From an uncultured Chloroflexota bacterium (GTDB taxonomy: Bacteria; Chloroflexota; Dehalococcoidia; Lucifugimonadales; GCA-002694895), in contig CAJWSY010000001.1 in the NCBI GenBank assembly GCA_913045935.1, positions 29,660 to 93,659 on the forward strand: a stretch of 64,000 nucleotides of DNA, given 5' to 3'. Shown in pieces: positions 1 to 9,925 of the stretch. Position numbers and translations under genes: made by a program. The notes under the pieces were generated by a model, which saw only the letters and a list, made by a program, of their open reading frames with translations, had not been told where the DNA came from and ran no database searches. Each line of letters begins with the position of its first letter. Position 1 is the stretch's first letter.

Positions 1-552
1 CATTGCTGAATCAATATTGTCAAAAGAACCTATTCTAATTAATTCTTGTTTGCCTGACATAAATCCCAATTTACCTTCGTCTATTAAATTTATTCTAAAT
101 TCATTCTCAATAGTTTCTTCAGCAGGAACTGCAAACAATACTACATTCCCATTTAAATATTGACTCGCTCCACTATTAATAAGACCCAATCCTACACCAA
201 CCATTGATCCGAGTTGGCAATTGTGGCCACATGCATGAACTGCGCTTGTTTTTAAATCTGCCAAAGGGTGATCTTTAACTATTAATCCATCTAATTCACC
301 TATAACTGCAATAGTTGGGCCATCAGATCTTCCTTTTATTGGTTCAGATTTAACTCCTGTAATAGCGTGACCATCTGTGTATCCTAAATTCAAGCTTTTA
401 AATATTTCTTTTACTTTGGTAGATGTTTTAAGCTCCCTGTAACCTGTTTCGGCATTTTCTGCTATATCTTTTGAAAAATTTATTAATTTATCTTTATTAT
501 TATCAATTTCTTCAGATACTTTCTTTTTTAATTCTTCTTTAGAAATATTCAT
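1..552 (-). CDS. M20 family amidohydrolase, N-terminal part (truncated by window edge)
   Basis: Manual translation from ATG 552 (SD AGAGGGG): MNISKEELKKK...IAVIGELDGL...AVHACGHNCQ...FAVPAEE; the ELD, HACGH and PAEE motifs are typical of M20. Not in ORF track. Confidence 0.85.
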   Translation of the reverse strand, partial: MNISKEELKKKVSEEIDNNKDKLINFSKDIAENAETGYRELKTSTKVKEIFKSLNLGYTDGHAITGVKSEPIKGRSDGPTIAVIGELDGLIVKDHPLADLKTSAVHACGHNCQLGSMVGVGLGLINSGASQYLNGNVVLFAVPAEETIENEFRINLIDEGKLGFMSGKQELIRIGSFDNIDSAM

Positions 553-573
553 ACGACCCCTCTTTTGTTATTA

Positions 574-599
574 TTGTATTATTAATTTTAATAATACAA
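574..599. promoter_or_regulatory. Perfect 12-bp inverted repeat, candidate operator
   Basis: TTGTATTATTAA-TT-TTAATAATACAA between divergent starts at 552 and 611; no U-tract follows on either strand. Confidence 0.45.
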
Positions 600-610
600 A
601 AATTCTCGAT

Positions 611-688
611 ATGTTTAAATCATTCATGCTAATTGGGGTTCCAGTTATTGTATTAGCAGTTTTATATGCCGCTTCAGTAGGTTTTTAA
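611..688 (+). CDS. Putative 25-aa single-TM small protein
   Basis: ATG..TAA reading MFKSFMLIGVPVIVLAVLYAASVGF; fills the gap and stops 5 nt before the convergent ybaN stop. Confidence 0.45.
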   Translation: MFKSFMLIGVPVIVLAVLYAASVGF

Positions 689-693
689 TATAA

Positions 694-1086
694 TCACTTT
701 GAAGTCTTAACTCTTAATATAAATAAAGTACCTATAATTAATAACAATAAAACAACAATTTTTACCAACAACAATGTCGCTGGTATCCAAATTGTTATAG
801 AAAGCAAACCAAATACCCACATTATAAAAATAGATATTAATTTAGCTTTTAAGGGCATTCCTTTTCCAGACAAATAATTTTTAATATATATTCCTAGTAA
901 TCTGTTATTGATTAACCACATATATAGTTTTTCTGAGCTTCTAATATAAAAATATGAAGCAATTATCAAAAAAATTGTTGTCGGCCAACCTGGTACAAAT
1001 ATTCCAATGACACCCAATCCCACAGAAATACTGCCAAATAAAATCCATAATATTCTAATTGATTTGTGCTTATTTAATTTTGACAT
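694..1086 (-). CDS. ybaN: YbaN (DUF454) family inner membrane protein
   Basis: GLGVIGIFVPGWPTTIFLIIA...RSSEKL...GMPLKAK pattern. Confidence 0.85.
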   Translation of the reverse strand: MSKLNKHKSIRILWILFGSISVGLGVIGIFVPGWPTTIFLIIASYFYIRSSEKLYMWLINNRLLGIYIKNYLSGKGMPLKAKLISIFIMWVFGLLSITIWIPATLLLVKIVVLLLLIIGTLFILRVKTSK

Positions 1087-1101
1087 ATTAAATTTTAAAA
1101 A

Positions 1102-1563
1102 TCATAGATCCAAAAATTTAATAATTTGTTCTGCATGTCCATTTGGGTCTACAGGATTCCAAATTTTAGAAATATATCCATCCTCATCAATAACAAATGT
1201 AATTCGATATATTCTTTCAACTTCCACCCCATCCACATCTGCCTTATATGACACATCATAATTTTTACACATAATTCGTTCTATATCAGAAAGAAGAGGA
1301 AATGGTAAATTGAATTTTTTTGTAAATGCTTGATGGGATTGTTCATCATCAGCACTAATACCATATATTGAAATATTATTATCATTAAATACAGAATAAT
1401 TATCTCTGATTTCACACGCTTCAATAGTACACCCAGGAGTGTCATCTTTTGGATAGAAATACAAAACTAATTTCCCTCCCTTAAAATCATTTAATTCTAC
1501 TAGATTCCCATTTGTATCTTTCAATTTGAAATCGGGAGCTTTGTCGCCTTCTTTTAATTTCAT
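1102..1563 (-). CDS. bcp: Thioredoxin-dependent peroxiredoxin Bcp
   Basis: LYFYPKDDTPGCTIEAC (CxxxxC), FPLLSD, RITFVID. Confidence 0.93.
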   Translation of the reverse strand: MKLKEGDKAPDFKLKDTNGNLVELNDFKGGKLVLYFYPKDDTPGCTIEACEIRDNYSVFNDNNISIYGISADDEQSHQAFTKKFNLPFPLLSDIERIMCKNYDVSYKADVDGVEVERIYRITFVIDEDGYISKIWNPVDPNGHAEQIIKFLDL

Positions 1564-1567
1564 TTCC

Positions 1568-2350
1568 TCACCTAAGTCTTTGTTTCAATTTTCTATTTAT
1601 ATATAAAAACAATACTATTATAAAAATGATTAAAATTAAAACATATATAACTGACTTATTAATTTTTATGATTCCAATAAAATTATTTGTATTTTCCAGG
1701 CTAGTTGGGGGATCAGTCAAACTAGTTTTAATATCATCAGAATCCTTGGTATCAGAATGAAAGTCACGTACTTTATTTCTTGTTCCAGCAAAATTAGCTA
1801 AATCTGAAATCCCAAAATCCTCAATAATTCCTGTGGCGAACCATAGTTTATAATCAGTTATATATTCCGATGTAACTCTAACAAAATAAGTTCCTTCATT
1901 TTCTATTAAAAATCTATCTTTAACATATACCCATGAATAAGTATTGGTAAATGGTTCGTGAAATTCTGACAATCCCCATTTATTATCGCTTGTATAAGAT
2001 AAAACTTCGGTAAAATCATTTTCATCTTGGTAATACAAATATAAATTGGGATATTTACTTTGATAATCGTCAAATTTAGGAGCTCCTAAATCTAGAATTA
2101 AATTATGCCCTTTGACTAAAGATAATTCAAACCAAAATTCTTTTTTTTCTTCTGACAATATAAAATAGAAAACCTGTGAAATATTTGGCTGATTGATATA
2201 TAAAGCTTGTTCTTTAGAATTTGATTCAGGTGGGAAAAATGGTTTATGTGCCTCGATCTTTTGAACATCAATAATAAAAATTAAAATAATCACAAAAATT
2301 AAATTTTTATAATTTATTTGAAATTTATTTATATTTAGCATTTGTAACAT
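1568..2350 (-). CDS. Hypothetical exported protein with C-terminal membrane anchor
   Basis: Hydrophobic N-terminal signal ending IEA|HKPFF; C-terminal TM helix plus basic tail RKLKQRLR; start uncertain. Confidence 0.7.
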   Translation of the reverse strand: MLQMLNINKFQINYKNLIFVIILIFIIDVQKIEAHKPFFPPESNSKEQALYINQPNISQVFYFILSEEKKEFWFELSLVKGHNLILDLGAPKFDDYQSKYPNLYLYYQDENDFTEVLSYTSDNKWGLSEFHEPFTNTYSWVYVKDRFLIENEGTYFVRVTSEYITDYKLWFATGIIEDFGISDLANFAGTRNKVRDFHSDTKDSDDIKTSLTDPPTSLENTNNFIGIIKINKSVIYVLILIIFIIVLFLYINRKLKQRLR

Positions 2351-2397
2351 ATGTTGATTAAAAGGATCTTTTGTGAAAGAATTAATTTTTAAACTTA

Positions 2398-4776
2398 TTG
2401 GTAAATATTATAATTAATTTAATAACAAATTTCTCTAGCTCTAGAGTTGGTAAGTGGATTGTTCTGTCTTCATGGATATTAATAGCAGGATTAATAATCC
2501 CTTTTGCACCCCAACTTACAGAAAGTGTAAATCAGACAGATTTTCTACCGGAAAGTGCAGAATCAACTAAAGCTGCTAGACTAGTAGAAGAAAGATACAG
2601 CACAGGATCTATAGAAGCTCCGAGTATAATTGTTGCTCAAACTAAAAATAAAGCTGAATTCACATCTTCAGAAATACAAAAATTATCAGAGTTAGAAAAT
2701 AAAATTAAATCTGACTCTTCTCTAAATCTTAAAAATATAGTTTCTGTATTTAGTTTGCCTCAAGCTAGAAGTGAATTTGTTTCTCCTTCTGAAAATACTA
2801 TGACAATGATAGTTAACTTGAACATTCCTCCGTTTGCTGATGAATATCCCGGTGAATTAAAAAAATTGCGAAAATTAATAAGTGACGAATTAGATAAAGA
2901 AAATAATTTAGAAGTACTCGTTGGAGGTCCAGGAGGCTTACTAGCTGATTTGATAGAAGTATTTAGCTCAATAGACGGATTGTTGCTAATTGTAACTGTA
3001 GTACTTGTTCTTGTTCTGCTTTTATTAATATACAAATCACCAGTTACTGCCTTGCTCCCTTTAATTTCTGTAGGGTTGGTTTTTCAAGTAGCACAAGGAG
3101 TAATTGCTTGGATAGATCAAGGAACAGGCGATTTTTTACGTATAAATGGACAATCAACTGGAATAATGACTGTTGTTTTGTTTGGGTCTGGAACAGATTA
3201 TTGCCTTTTTATTTCCTCAAGATTCAGAGAAGAATTAACTAAAACAAAAGACAAACACGAAGCTATGAAAAAAACTATGAAAGGAGTCGGAGGAGCTGTT
3301 GCTTCTGCTGCTCTAACAATAATAATAGCTTCATCTATTTTGCTTTTATGTATATTGAAATCTTATCAATCACTTGGTCCTGTTATTGGGATAGCAGTAT
3401 TATTGATGCTTATCGCAGCTCTAACTCTTGTGCCTTCACTTATGTGCATAATGGGTAAATTTACATTTTTCCCAGTGGATTACTCATGGAGGTCAAAATT
3501 AATAGCTTCAATTCTTTTCCCATTCTATGCGGTTATTGGATTATTCGAATTAGCATATTATTTTGTTATTGGTAAAAATAAAAAATCAACAAAACCATCT
3601 GAGACAATCTATTCAAGAGTTGCAAAATGGGTAATAACAAAGCCTGTAACTACTCTTCTGATTACCTCTTCAATATTGATCCTTATGTTTACAGGGCTAA
3701 TTGGAGCGAAGCCAACTTATGATCAATTAGCAAGTCTTCCAAACAATGCTGATTCTGTTAAAAGTTTTGAATTATTAAGATCCGGTTTTAATCCAGGTGA
3801 ATTAGCTCCTGTAGAAATTTATGTTGATTTCGAATCTGAAAATGCTGCCATTGAAAATTCAAATCTTAAAAAAATAGACACCCTTTCTAAGATATTAATT
3901 AATGCTCCTGGAGTGAATAGAATATCAAGTCAAACAAGACCATTTGGTATAAATTCACCAATTGGAGGAGCAGATCAAATAGGACAGTATCTAAAATCTC
4001 AAGATCCTCAACATTTACCAATTTTAGCTAAAGTAGCTAACTATTCATCTCCTGATAATTCTATATCAAAATTAGAACTTGTACTCAACGAGAACCCATA
4101 TAATGAAAAAGGAATGGACCTCATACCGCAAATAAGAAACTATATCTCTACAAAAGCGAATGAAACAGGGATTGATTTATCAAAACTGTACGTTGGTGGA
4201 GAAACAGCTGTGCAATACGACACAAGAGAGGCAGTTAATAGAGATCAATTAGTCGTCCTTCCAATAATTTTATTGGCAATAGGTTTAGTATTATTGGTTC
4301 TATTAAGATCAGTTGTAGCTCCTATATACCTTTGCGCAACAATAATATTTACTTATTTTTCAACAATAGGAATATCTCTTCTCGCTTTCAATTATATATT
4401 TGACCAACCTGCCTATACCGCTGGATTACCATTTTTCTTATTTGTATTTTTAAATGCATTAGGGGTTGATTATAATATTTACTTAATGAGTAGAATCAGA
4501 GAAGAAGCCAAAAGACACGAATTATCCGAAGCAACACGAATTGCTGTTTCTCAAACAGGTGGAGTCATTACTTCTGCAGGAATAATATTAGCAGGGACTT
4601 TTTCTGCCCTTATGGTACTACCATTAACTGATTTATTCCAACTCGGGTTTGCTGTTGCAATTGGCGTAATTATTGATACTTTTATAACAAGAACTTTATT
4701 AGTCCCGGCTATTGTAAAATTATTGGGTCAAAAGAATTGGTGGCCTAACAAAATAATTCCAAGCAAAGCAAAATAA
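2398..4776 (+). CDS. MMPL family (RND superfamily) transporter
   Basis: Two TM blocks with FGSGTDYCLFISSRFREE and LGVDYNIYLMSRIREE; ends NWWP. Confidence 0.9.
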   Translation: MVNIIINLITNFSSSRVGKWIVLSSWILIAGLIIPFAPQLTESVNQTDFLPESAESTKAARLVEERYSTGSIEAPSIIVAQTKNKAEFTSSEIQKLSELENKIKSDSSLNLKNIVSVFSLPQARSEFVSPSENTMTMIVNLNIPPFADEYPGELKKLRKLISDELDKENNLEVLVGGPGGLLADLIEVFSSIDGLLLIVTVVLVLVLLLLIYKSPVTALLPLISVGLVFQVAQGVIAWIDQGTGDFLRINGQSTGIMTVVLFGSGTDYCLFISSRFREELTKTKDKHEAMKKTMKGVGGAVASAALTIIIASSILLLCILKSYQSLGPVIGIAVLLMLIAALTLVPSLMCIMGKFTFFPVDYSWRSKLIASILFPFYAVIGLFELAYYFVIGKNKKSTKPSETIYSRVAKWVITKPVTTLLITSSILILMFTGLIGAKPTYDQLASLPNNADSVKSFELLRSGFNPGELAPVEIYVDFESENAAIENSNLKKIDTLSKILINAPGVNRISSQTRPFGINSPIGGADQIGQYLKSQDPQHLPILAKVANYSSPDNSISKLELVLNENPYNEKGMDLIPQIRNYISTKANETGIDLSKLYVGGETAVQYDTREAVNRDQLVVLPIILLAIGLVLLVLLRSVVAPIYLCATIIFTYFSTIGISLLAFNYIFDQPAYTAGLPFFLFVFLNALGVDYNIYLMSRIREEAKRHELSEATRIAVSQTGGVITSAGIILAGTFSALMVLPLTDLFQLGFAVAIGVIIDTFITRTLLVPAIVKLLGQKNWWPNKIIPSKAK

Positions 4777-4779
4777 ACA

Positions 4780-5634
4780 TTACTTTTTTTTATATGTAAT
4801 CATAATTATTCCTGAAATAATAATTATTCCTGAAACCAATTGATAAATTTCTAATATCTCATTTAAAATTATGACACCAAATATTGAGCCTGTTACCGGT
4901 ACTAATAACCCAAAAGGTGTTACTTTCACAGAATTATATTTATTTAACAAATATTGCCACAGAGAAAATCCTAACAATGTAGATATACAAGCAGTATATA
5001 AAATTGATAATAAAACACTAATATGAATATCAGTAATGACAATTGATTTAATTTGATCGAACTCTAAATAAAAAGAAATAAAAAATAAGAAAATTGCTGC
5101 AACCGGAGATATCCATATTAAAAAAGATACCATATTTATATTTCCTAAATTTTTTAGTTGGACATTTGCAATTCCCCATGAAATTGCAGCAAACAATATT
5201 ATAATAATTGACTCAAATTTGAAATCTCCGTCGTTGAAAACAAATAAAAGTAAAACACCTAAAGCACCAATAATTAATCCGATTATTTCTTTTATTTTAA
5301 TACTTTCATTCATAAATAAAGAAGAAATTATTACTGAAAAAAAAGATTGCGTTTGTAAGATAACCGCACTTAATCCAGCTGACAAGCCCAGACTCATTCC
5401 GTAATACAAAAGACTATATTGAAATACTCCTAATGACAAAGGTATGGAAATAAATTCAATTTTAGATATTTTGGGTTTTTTTACAAAAAATATCCACGGC
5501 AAAGATAATATTAAAAATCTTAAAGCTGCTGCAAATACTGGTGGGAGTGAATTAACAGTCACTTTAAGTGCTACAAAGTTAAATCCCCATAAAAAAACTA
5601 TCAATACAGCTATAAGTATATGTTTTTGTTTCAA
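4780..5634 (-). CDS. EamA/DMT family exporter
   Basis: LWGFNFVALK, AALRF, about 10 TM helices, PFGLLVPV. Confidence 0.88.
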   Translation of the reverse strand: MKQKHILIAVLIVFLWGFNFVALKVTVNSLPPVFAAALRFLILSLPWIFFVKKPKISKIEFISIPLSLGVFQYSLLYYGMSLGLSAGLSAVILQTQSFFSVIISSLFMNESIKIKEIIGLIIGALGVLLLFVFNDGDFKFESIIIILFAAISWGIANVQLKNLGNINMVSFLIWISPVAAIFLFFISFYLEFDQIKSIVITDIHISVLLSILYTACISTLLGFSLWQYLLNKYNSVKVTPFGLLVPVTGSIFGVIILNEILEIYQLVSGIIIISGIIMITYKKK

Positions 5635-5648
5635 CTATTTCTCTAGGT

Positions 5649-6515
5649 TTAATTTGTTATAATTTTGTAGGGCTTAGAATTATTTGTTAATCCTGGTTTG
5701 GAAGTTAATTTTGTAAAATTTCTTTTTTTGAATCTGTTGTAAGCATCAGAAGAACTTTTTCTGTTTTTACAAATATAATTACAAAATATTTTCCGTTCAC
5801 TTGTAGTGCTAAACAAATCATTACAATTTTTACATAATCTATAATTTATTTTATTTGTAATCGAACTAACAAAATTATTCCATAAAAAGTTAATCAATTG
5901 GGGATGTTTATTAACTCTGTTTATAGTATTTAAATTTATATCAAACTCAAATTTAATCCCAGGAAGAGCTTTGTCATAGTGATTCAAAATATCATTAACA
6001 TACAAACTTAATGTTTTTTTTAATAAAAAATCATTATCAAAATCAGATAACAATTCAGCGATATGATAAGGTTTAAAATTCAAAGTTGGAGTTATTAAAT
6101 GTATAGATTTAGTTTCTACAAAATGATTAAACATTTTTAACAATTTGTTTTTTGTTTGATCAGATGGAGAATTCAAAAAATTACAACTCATCAAAACTGT
6201 CCACATAATTTTCAATTCAGTTAATACATTTTCAGAAGTAAAATTATGATTAAATAAAATAAAGTTATTTTCTATATATAATTTTAAATTTTCTGAAAAA
6301 TTTCTGTCAGAAACTACCGAATAATTATCAAAATACGAAAAATTAATTAGATTGAGATAATCGGTTATTTCGGGATTATTTTGATTTATAAAAGCTTCAA
6401 AGCTAATACTTGGATTTACTAAGTACAATGATTCTAAAATATTAAATTTGTCTTCTAGATATCTATATGACTGTCCATCTTCAAAATTATTTAAATTATC
6501 ATTAATGTTTAACAT
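5649..6515 (-). CDS. Hypothetical protein with C-terminal CGNR-type zinc finger
   Basis: CKNC-x13-CNYICKNR followed by a basic tail. Confidence 0.6.
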   Translation of the reverse strand: MLNINDNLNNFEDGQSYRYLEDKFNILESLYLVNPSISFEAFINQNNPEITDYLNLINFSYFDNYSVVSDRNFSENLKLYIENNFILFNHNFTSENVLTELKIMWTVLMSCNFLNSPSDQTKNKLLKMFNHFVETKSIHLITPTLNFKPYHIAELLSDFDNDFLLKKTLSLYVNDILNHYDKALPGIKFEFDINLNTINRVNKHPQLINFLWNNFVSSITNKINYRLCKNCNDLFSTTSERKIFCNYICKNRKSSSDAYNRFKKRNFTKLTSKPGLTNNSKPYKIITN

Positions 6516-6595
6516 TAGTTAGTCAAAAAAATCTAATAATTTAATTGAATATGATATATGTCTGAATTGCAATTAAAATCAAGTTATATGTTTGA

Positions 6596-9148
6596 TTATT
6601 TTTCTTTGAATTTTTCTTTGATTTCAGAAAGCTTAATTAAAGCATCTAAGGGTGTAATTTCATTAGTATCTATATTATTTATTAATTCTTTAACGTCATC
6701 ATAATTATTGTCAGTTAAATTCAGCGGTAATTGTGCAGAGATATTTTTAGATTCAAAGTTAGAATTTGATTCAAAGTTTGATAATAATAATTTTGATTTA
6801 TGAATAACTTGTTGAGGCATCCCTGCTAATTCAGCAACGTAGATTCCGTAACTTCTCTCTGAAATACCTCTTTTTATATTGTGCAAAAATACAACTCTTT
6901 GGCCATCCTCTATAACGCTAACGTGATAATTTTTAATCCTAATAAAATCTGATTCTAAAGTTGTCATTTCATGAAAATGTGTAGCAAACAATGTTCTTGA
7001 TTTCATATTATGATCTTCATGAATAAATTCTGCGACTGACATTGCAATTGCTAAACCATCATAAGTACTAGTACCTCTTCCAATTTCATCAAGAATTATT
7101 AAAGATCTTTTGGTAGCTTCCTTTAAAATCAAAGCTGTTTCTAACATTTCGGTCATAAAGGTTGATCTTCCTTCTGACAAATCATCTTCTAATCCCACTC
7201 GTGTAAATATTCGATCAACAATTCCAATTTCAGCAGATTTTGCAGGTATATAACACCCAATCTGAGCCATCAAAGTTAATATACCTACCTGTCTTATATA
7301 TGTTGATTTACCTGACATGTTAGGACCTGTAAGTAAAATTATCTGTTGACTTAAATCATCGATAATAACGTCGTTGGATACAAATTTCCCTGATTCAATT
7401 ATCTCTTCAACCATAGGATGTCTAGATTTTTTAATATTCAATTTTATAGAATTATCGATTTTGGGTTTAATATAGTTATTTTCAATTGCAATCGTGGCAA
7501 AATTTGATAATACGTCTAACTTAGATAAAATTTCTGATGAATATAAAATCAATGATGATCGTGAAATAATAAAATCACAAACATCATTAAAAATCTTTCT
7601 TTCAAGTTCAGAAACTAAATCTATGGATATACTAATTTTAGTTTCCAATTCTTTTAATTCTTCAGTAAAAAAACGTTCAGCATTAACAAGAGTTTGTTTT
7701 CTTATAAAATATTCAGGAACATTTTCTATTTGTGATTTTGTAACTTCAAAATAATACCCAAATATTTTATTGAATCTAATTCTTAGATTTTTAATTTTTG
7801 TATTTTTTCTTTCTTTTGATTCTAGTTCTGAGAGTAAAGTTTTAGAATTATTTAATGCGTAAATATACTCATCTAATTCTTTGGAAACATTTTTTTTTAT
7901 AAGAGTTCCATCACCTAATTTGCCGGAGTACTCCATATCAAAATTTCTTTCTACTAAATTTGGAATGTCTGTAATTTCAGGAAATAGTAACACAAGTTTT
8001 TTTATATTTTTATTTATTGATTTAGATGACAAGTAAGATACACTGTCATCTAAAATTTTAATACTATGAGCTAACGAAATAACATCAATCGGTTCAGGGT
8101 TAGAATTAGATATTTTAGATACTAATCTTTCAATATCAGACAATTTACTAATTTTCATTCTATATTCTTTGGTTATAGTGTTATTAACATAAAACCATTC
8201 AACAATTTCTTGTCTGTTAGTGATTTTATTTAAATTTATTAATGGTTGCCCAATATAATGTTTAAGTAGTCTTGCTCCCATAGGTGTTTGCGTACTATTT
8301 AAGGTGTTGAATAGAGAAAAAGAATTAGATTTAGAAGGAAACAAACTAAGATTCTTTCTTGTTTGAGGGTCTATAAACATATAATCAGAGACTTGATAAT
8401 ATCTTGTGTTGCCAAAATTTATATTTGCTAACAACTTATTTTTGTTCAAATAATTTAACAAACCAATAAAAGATTTTGTGTCTACATCTTTTTCAAGAAA
8501 CCATGTTTCGCTTACTATTTTATCTAGATTTTGAGCAATACTTATTTCAAAATTAAAATCTACAAATTCTCGATTATCCAAAATCACAGTATGAAAATTT
8601 TCAAAGAGTTGATTGTCTGAAGAATTCAACAATATTTCAGCTGAATTAAGTCTTGCTAACTCAGATGATATTGACTCTTTATTCAATTTGGAAACTTTTA
8701 GTTCCCCTGTAGATACGTCTATATAGGATATACCAATTATCTCATCTGAAATATACAAACTTGTAAGATAATTATTACTTTGGGTGTCGAGTAAATGCTC
8801 TTCGTATACAGTCCCTGGACTTACAACTCTTACAACTTCTCTTTCGATTATACCCTTAGAATTGACATCATCACTTGTTTGTTCGCAAATCGCAACTTTA
8901 ATATTATGTTTAATCAAAGTAGATAAATGTTGATTCAATGAATGAAAGGGAAATCCTGCTAGGGGATGTTTTTGGTTTTTCCCAAATTCTTTTTTAGTAA
9001 GTGTGATTTGTAGAATATCAGCTAAAATATGAGCGTCATTATCAAAAGCTTCATAAAAATCTCCCATTCTAAACAACAAAACTACATCAGTATAATCCTT
9101 TTTTATATTCATATACTGTTTCCAGGCAGGAGTCATATTGCTACTCAT
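6596..9148 (-). CDS. mutS: DNA mismatch repair protein MutS
   Basis: FRMGDFYE; Walker A TGPNMSGKS; STFMTEM; ILDEIGRGTST; FATHFHE. Confidence 0.97.
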   Translation of the reverse strand: MSSNMTPAWKQYMNIKKDYTDVVLLFRMGDFYEAFDNDAHILADILQITLTKKEFGKNQKHPLAGFPFHSLNQHLSTLIKHNIKVAICEQTSDDVNSKGIIEREVVRVVSPGTVYEEHLLDTQSNNYLTSLYISDEIIGISYIDVSTGELKVSKLNKESISSELARLNSAEILLNSSDNQLFENFHTVILDNREFVDFNFEISIAQNLDKIVSETWFLEKDVDTKSFIGLLNYLNKNKLLANINFGNTRYYQVSDYMFIDPQTRKNLSLFPSKSNSFSLFNTLNSTQTPMGARLLKHYIGQPLINLNKITNRQEIVEWFYVNNTITKEYRMKISKLSDIERLVSKISNSNPEPIDVISLAHSIKILDDSVSYLSSKSINKNIKKLVLLFPEITDIPNLVERNFDMEYSGKLGDGTLIKKNVSKELDEYIYALNNSKTLLSELESKERKNTKIKNLRIRFNKIFGYYFEVTKSQIENVPEYFIRKQTLVNAERFFTEELKELETKISISIDLVSELERKIFNDVCDFIISRSSLILYSSEILSKLDVLSNFATIAIENNYIKPKIDNSIKLNIKKSRHPMVEEIIESGKFVSNDVIIDDLSQQIILLTGPNMSGKSTYIRQVGILTLMAQIGCYIPAKSAEIGIVDRIFTRVGLEDDLSEGRSTFMTEMLETALILKEATKRSLIILDEIGRGTSTYDGLAIAMSVAEFIHEDHNMKSRTLFATHFHEMTTLESDFIRIKNYHVSVIEDGQRVVFLHNIKRGISERSYGIYVAELAGMPQQVIHKSKLLLSNFESNSNFESKNISAQLPLNLTDNNYDDVKELINNIDTNEITPLDALIKLSEIKEKFKEK

Positions 9149-9895
9149 TTATTTCCAAAAACGTTCCTCTATAACTTGAAATCCTTTCTTATCTTCTAAA
9201 TTTCTTTGTATATCAATAATCATATCAGGATTGCCACATGCAAAAACAATTGTATTATCTGGTTTTAAATTATTATCTAAGACATATTTGTCGACTATCG
9301 TATTTACCCTGCCAACTGATCCTTTCCATGATTTGTTTCTATATTCTTCTGGTCTACTAATAGTTGGCACATATTGAAGATTATCTTTATGTATACTTGA
9401 CAATTCGTTTAACTCTTCCAAATACCCAAATTCGTCAACATAGCTTGATCCTTGAAGAATATGAAATTTCATATCTGAATCATTATTGTCTAAATATGAT
9501 CTGGCAAAACTAACATATGGAACCACGCCGGTTACTGTACTTATTAATAAATAATTATCAAGAGTTTTATCTTTTATTTGAAATATTCCTTTAGCTTTGG
9601 GTCTCATTGTAAAAACATCACCTTTTTTCATAGTCCAAATAACAGGAGTAAGAATACCGCCTTCATCTTCTTCAACTAATTCTATAAATAACTCAATCAA
9701 TTGCTCAGAAGGAGCAGATGCGATAGAATATGCTCTCTCAATTCCATCAACACCTAGTGTACAATATTGACCTGGTTTAAAGTTGTATTCATCGGGTTTT
9801 TCAACCCAAACTTTAATCATCAAATCACTTAAATATTCTATTTTGACTATTTCCGTTTCAAGTAATTTTTTTTTAGCAGGAAAATTAGTATTCAT
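9149..9895 (-). CDS. fpr: Ferredoxin/flavodoxin-NADP+ reductase (bacterial Fpr type)
   Basis: FKPGQY, RAYSIAS FAD motif, ACGNPDMI, C-terminal EERFWK. Confidence 0.88.
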   Translation of the reverse strand: MNTNFPAKKKLLETEIVKIEYLSDLMIKVWVEKPDEYNFKPGQYCTLGVDGIERAYSIASAPSEQLIELFIELVEEDEGGILTPVIWTMKKGDVFTMRPKAKGIFQIKDKTLDNYLLISTVTGVVPYVSFARSYLDNNDSDMKFHILQGSSYVDEFGYLEELNELSSIHKDNLQYVPTISRPEEYRNKSWKGSVGRVNTIVDKYVLDNNLKPDNTIVFACGNPDMIIDIQRNLEDKKGFQVIEERFWK

Positions 9896-9925
9896 AATAT
9901 TAAAAAAATAAATTATATTTACAGT

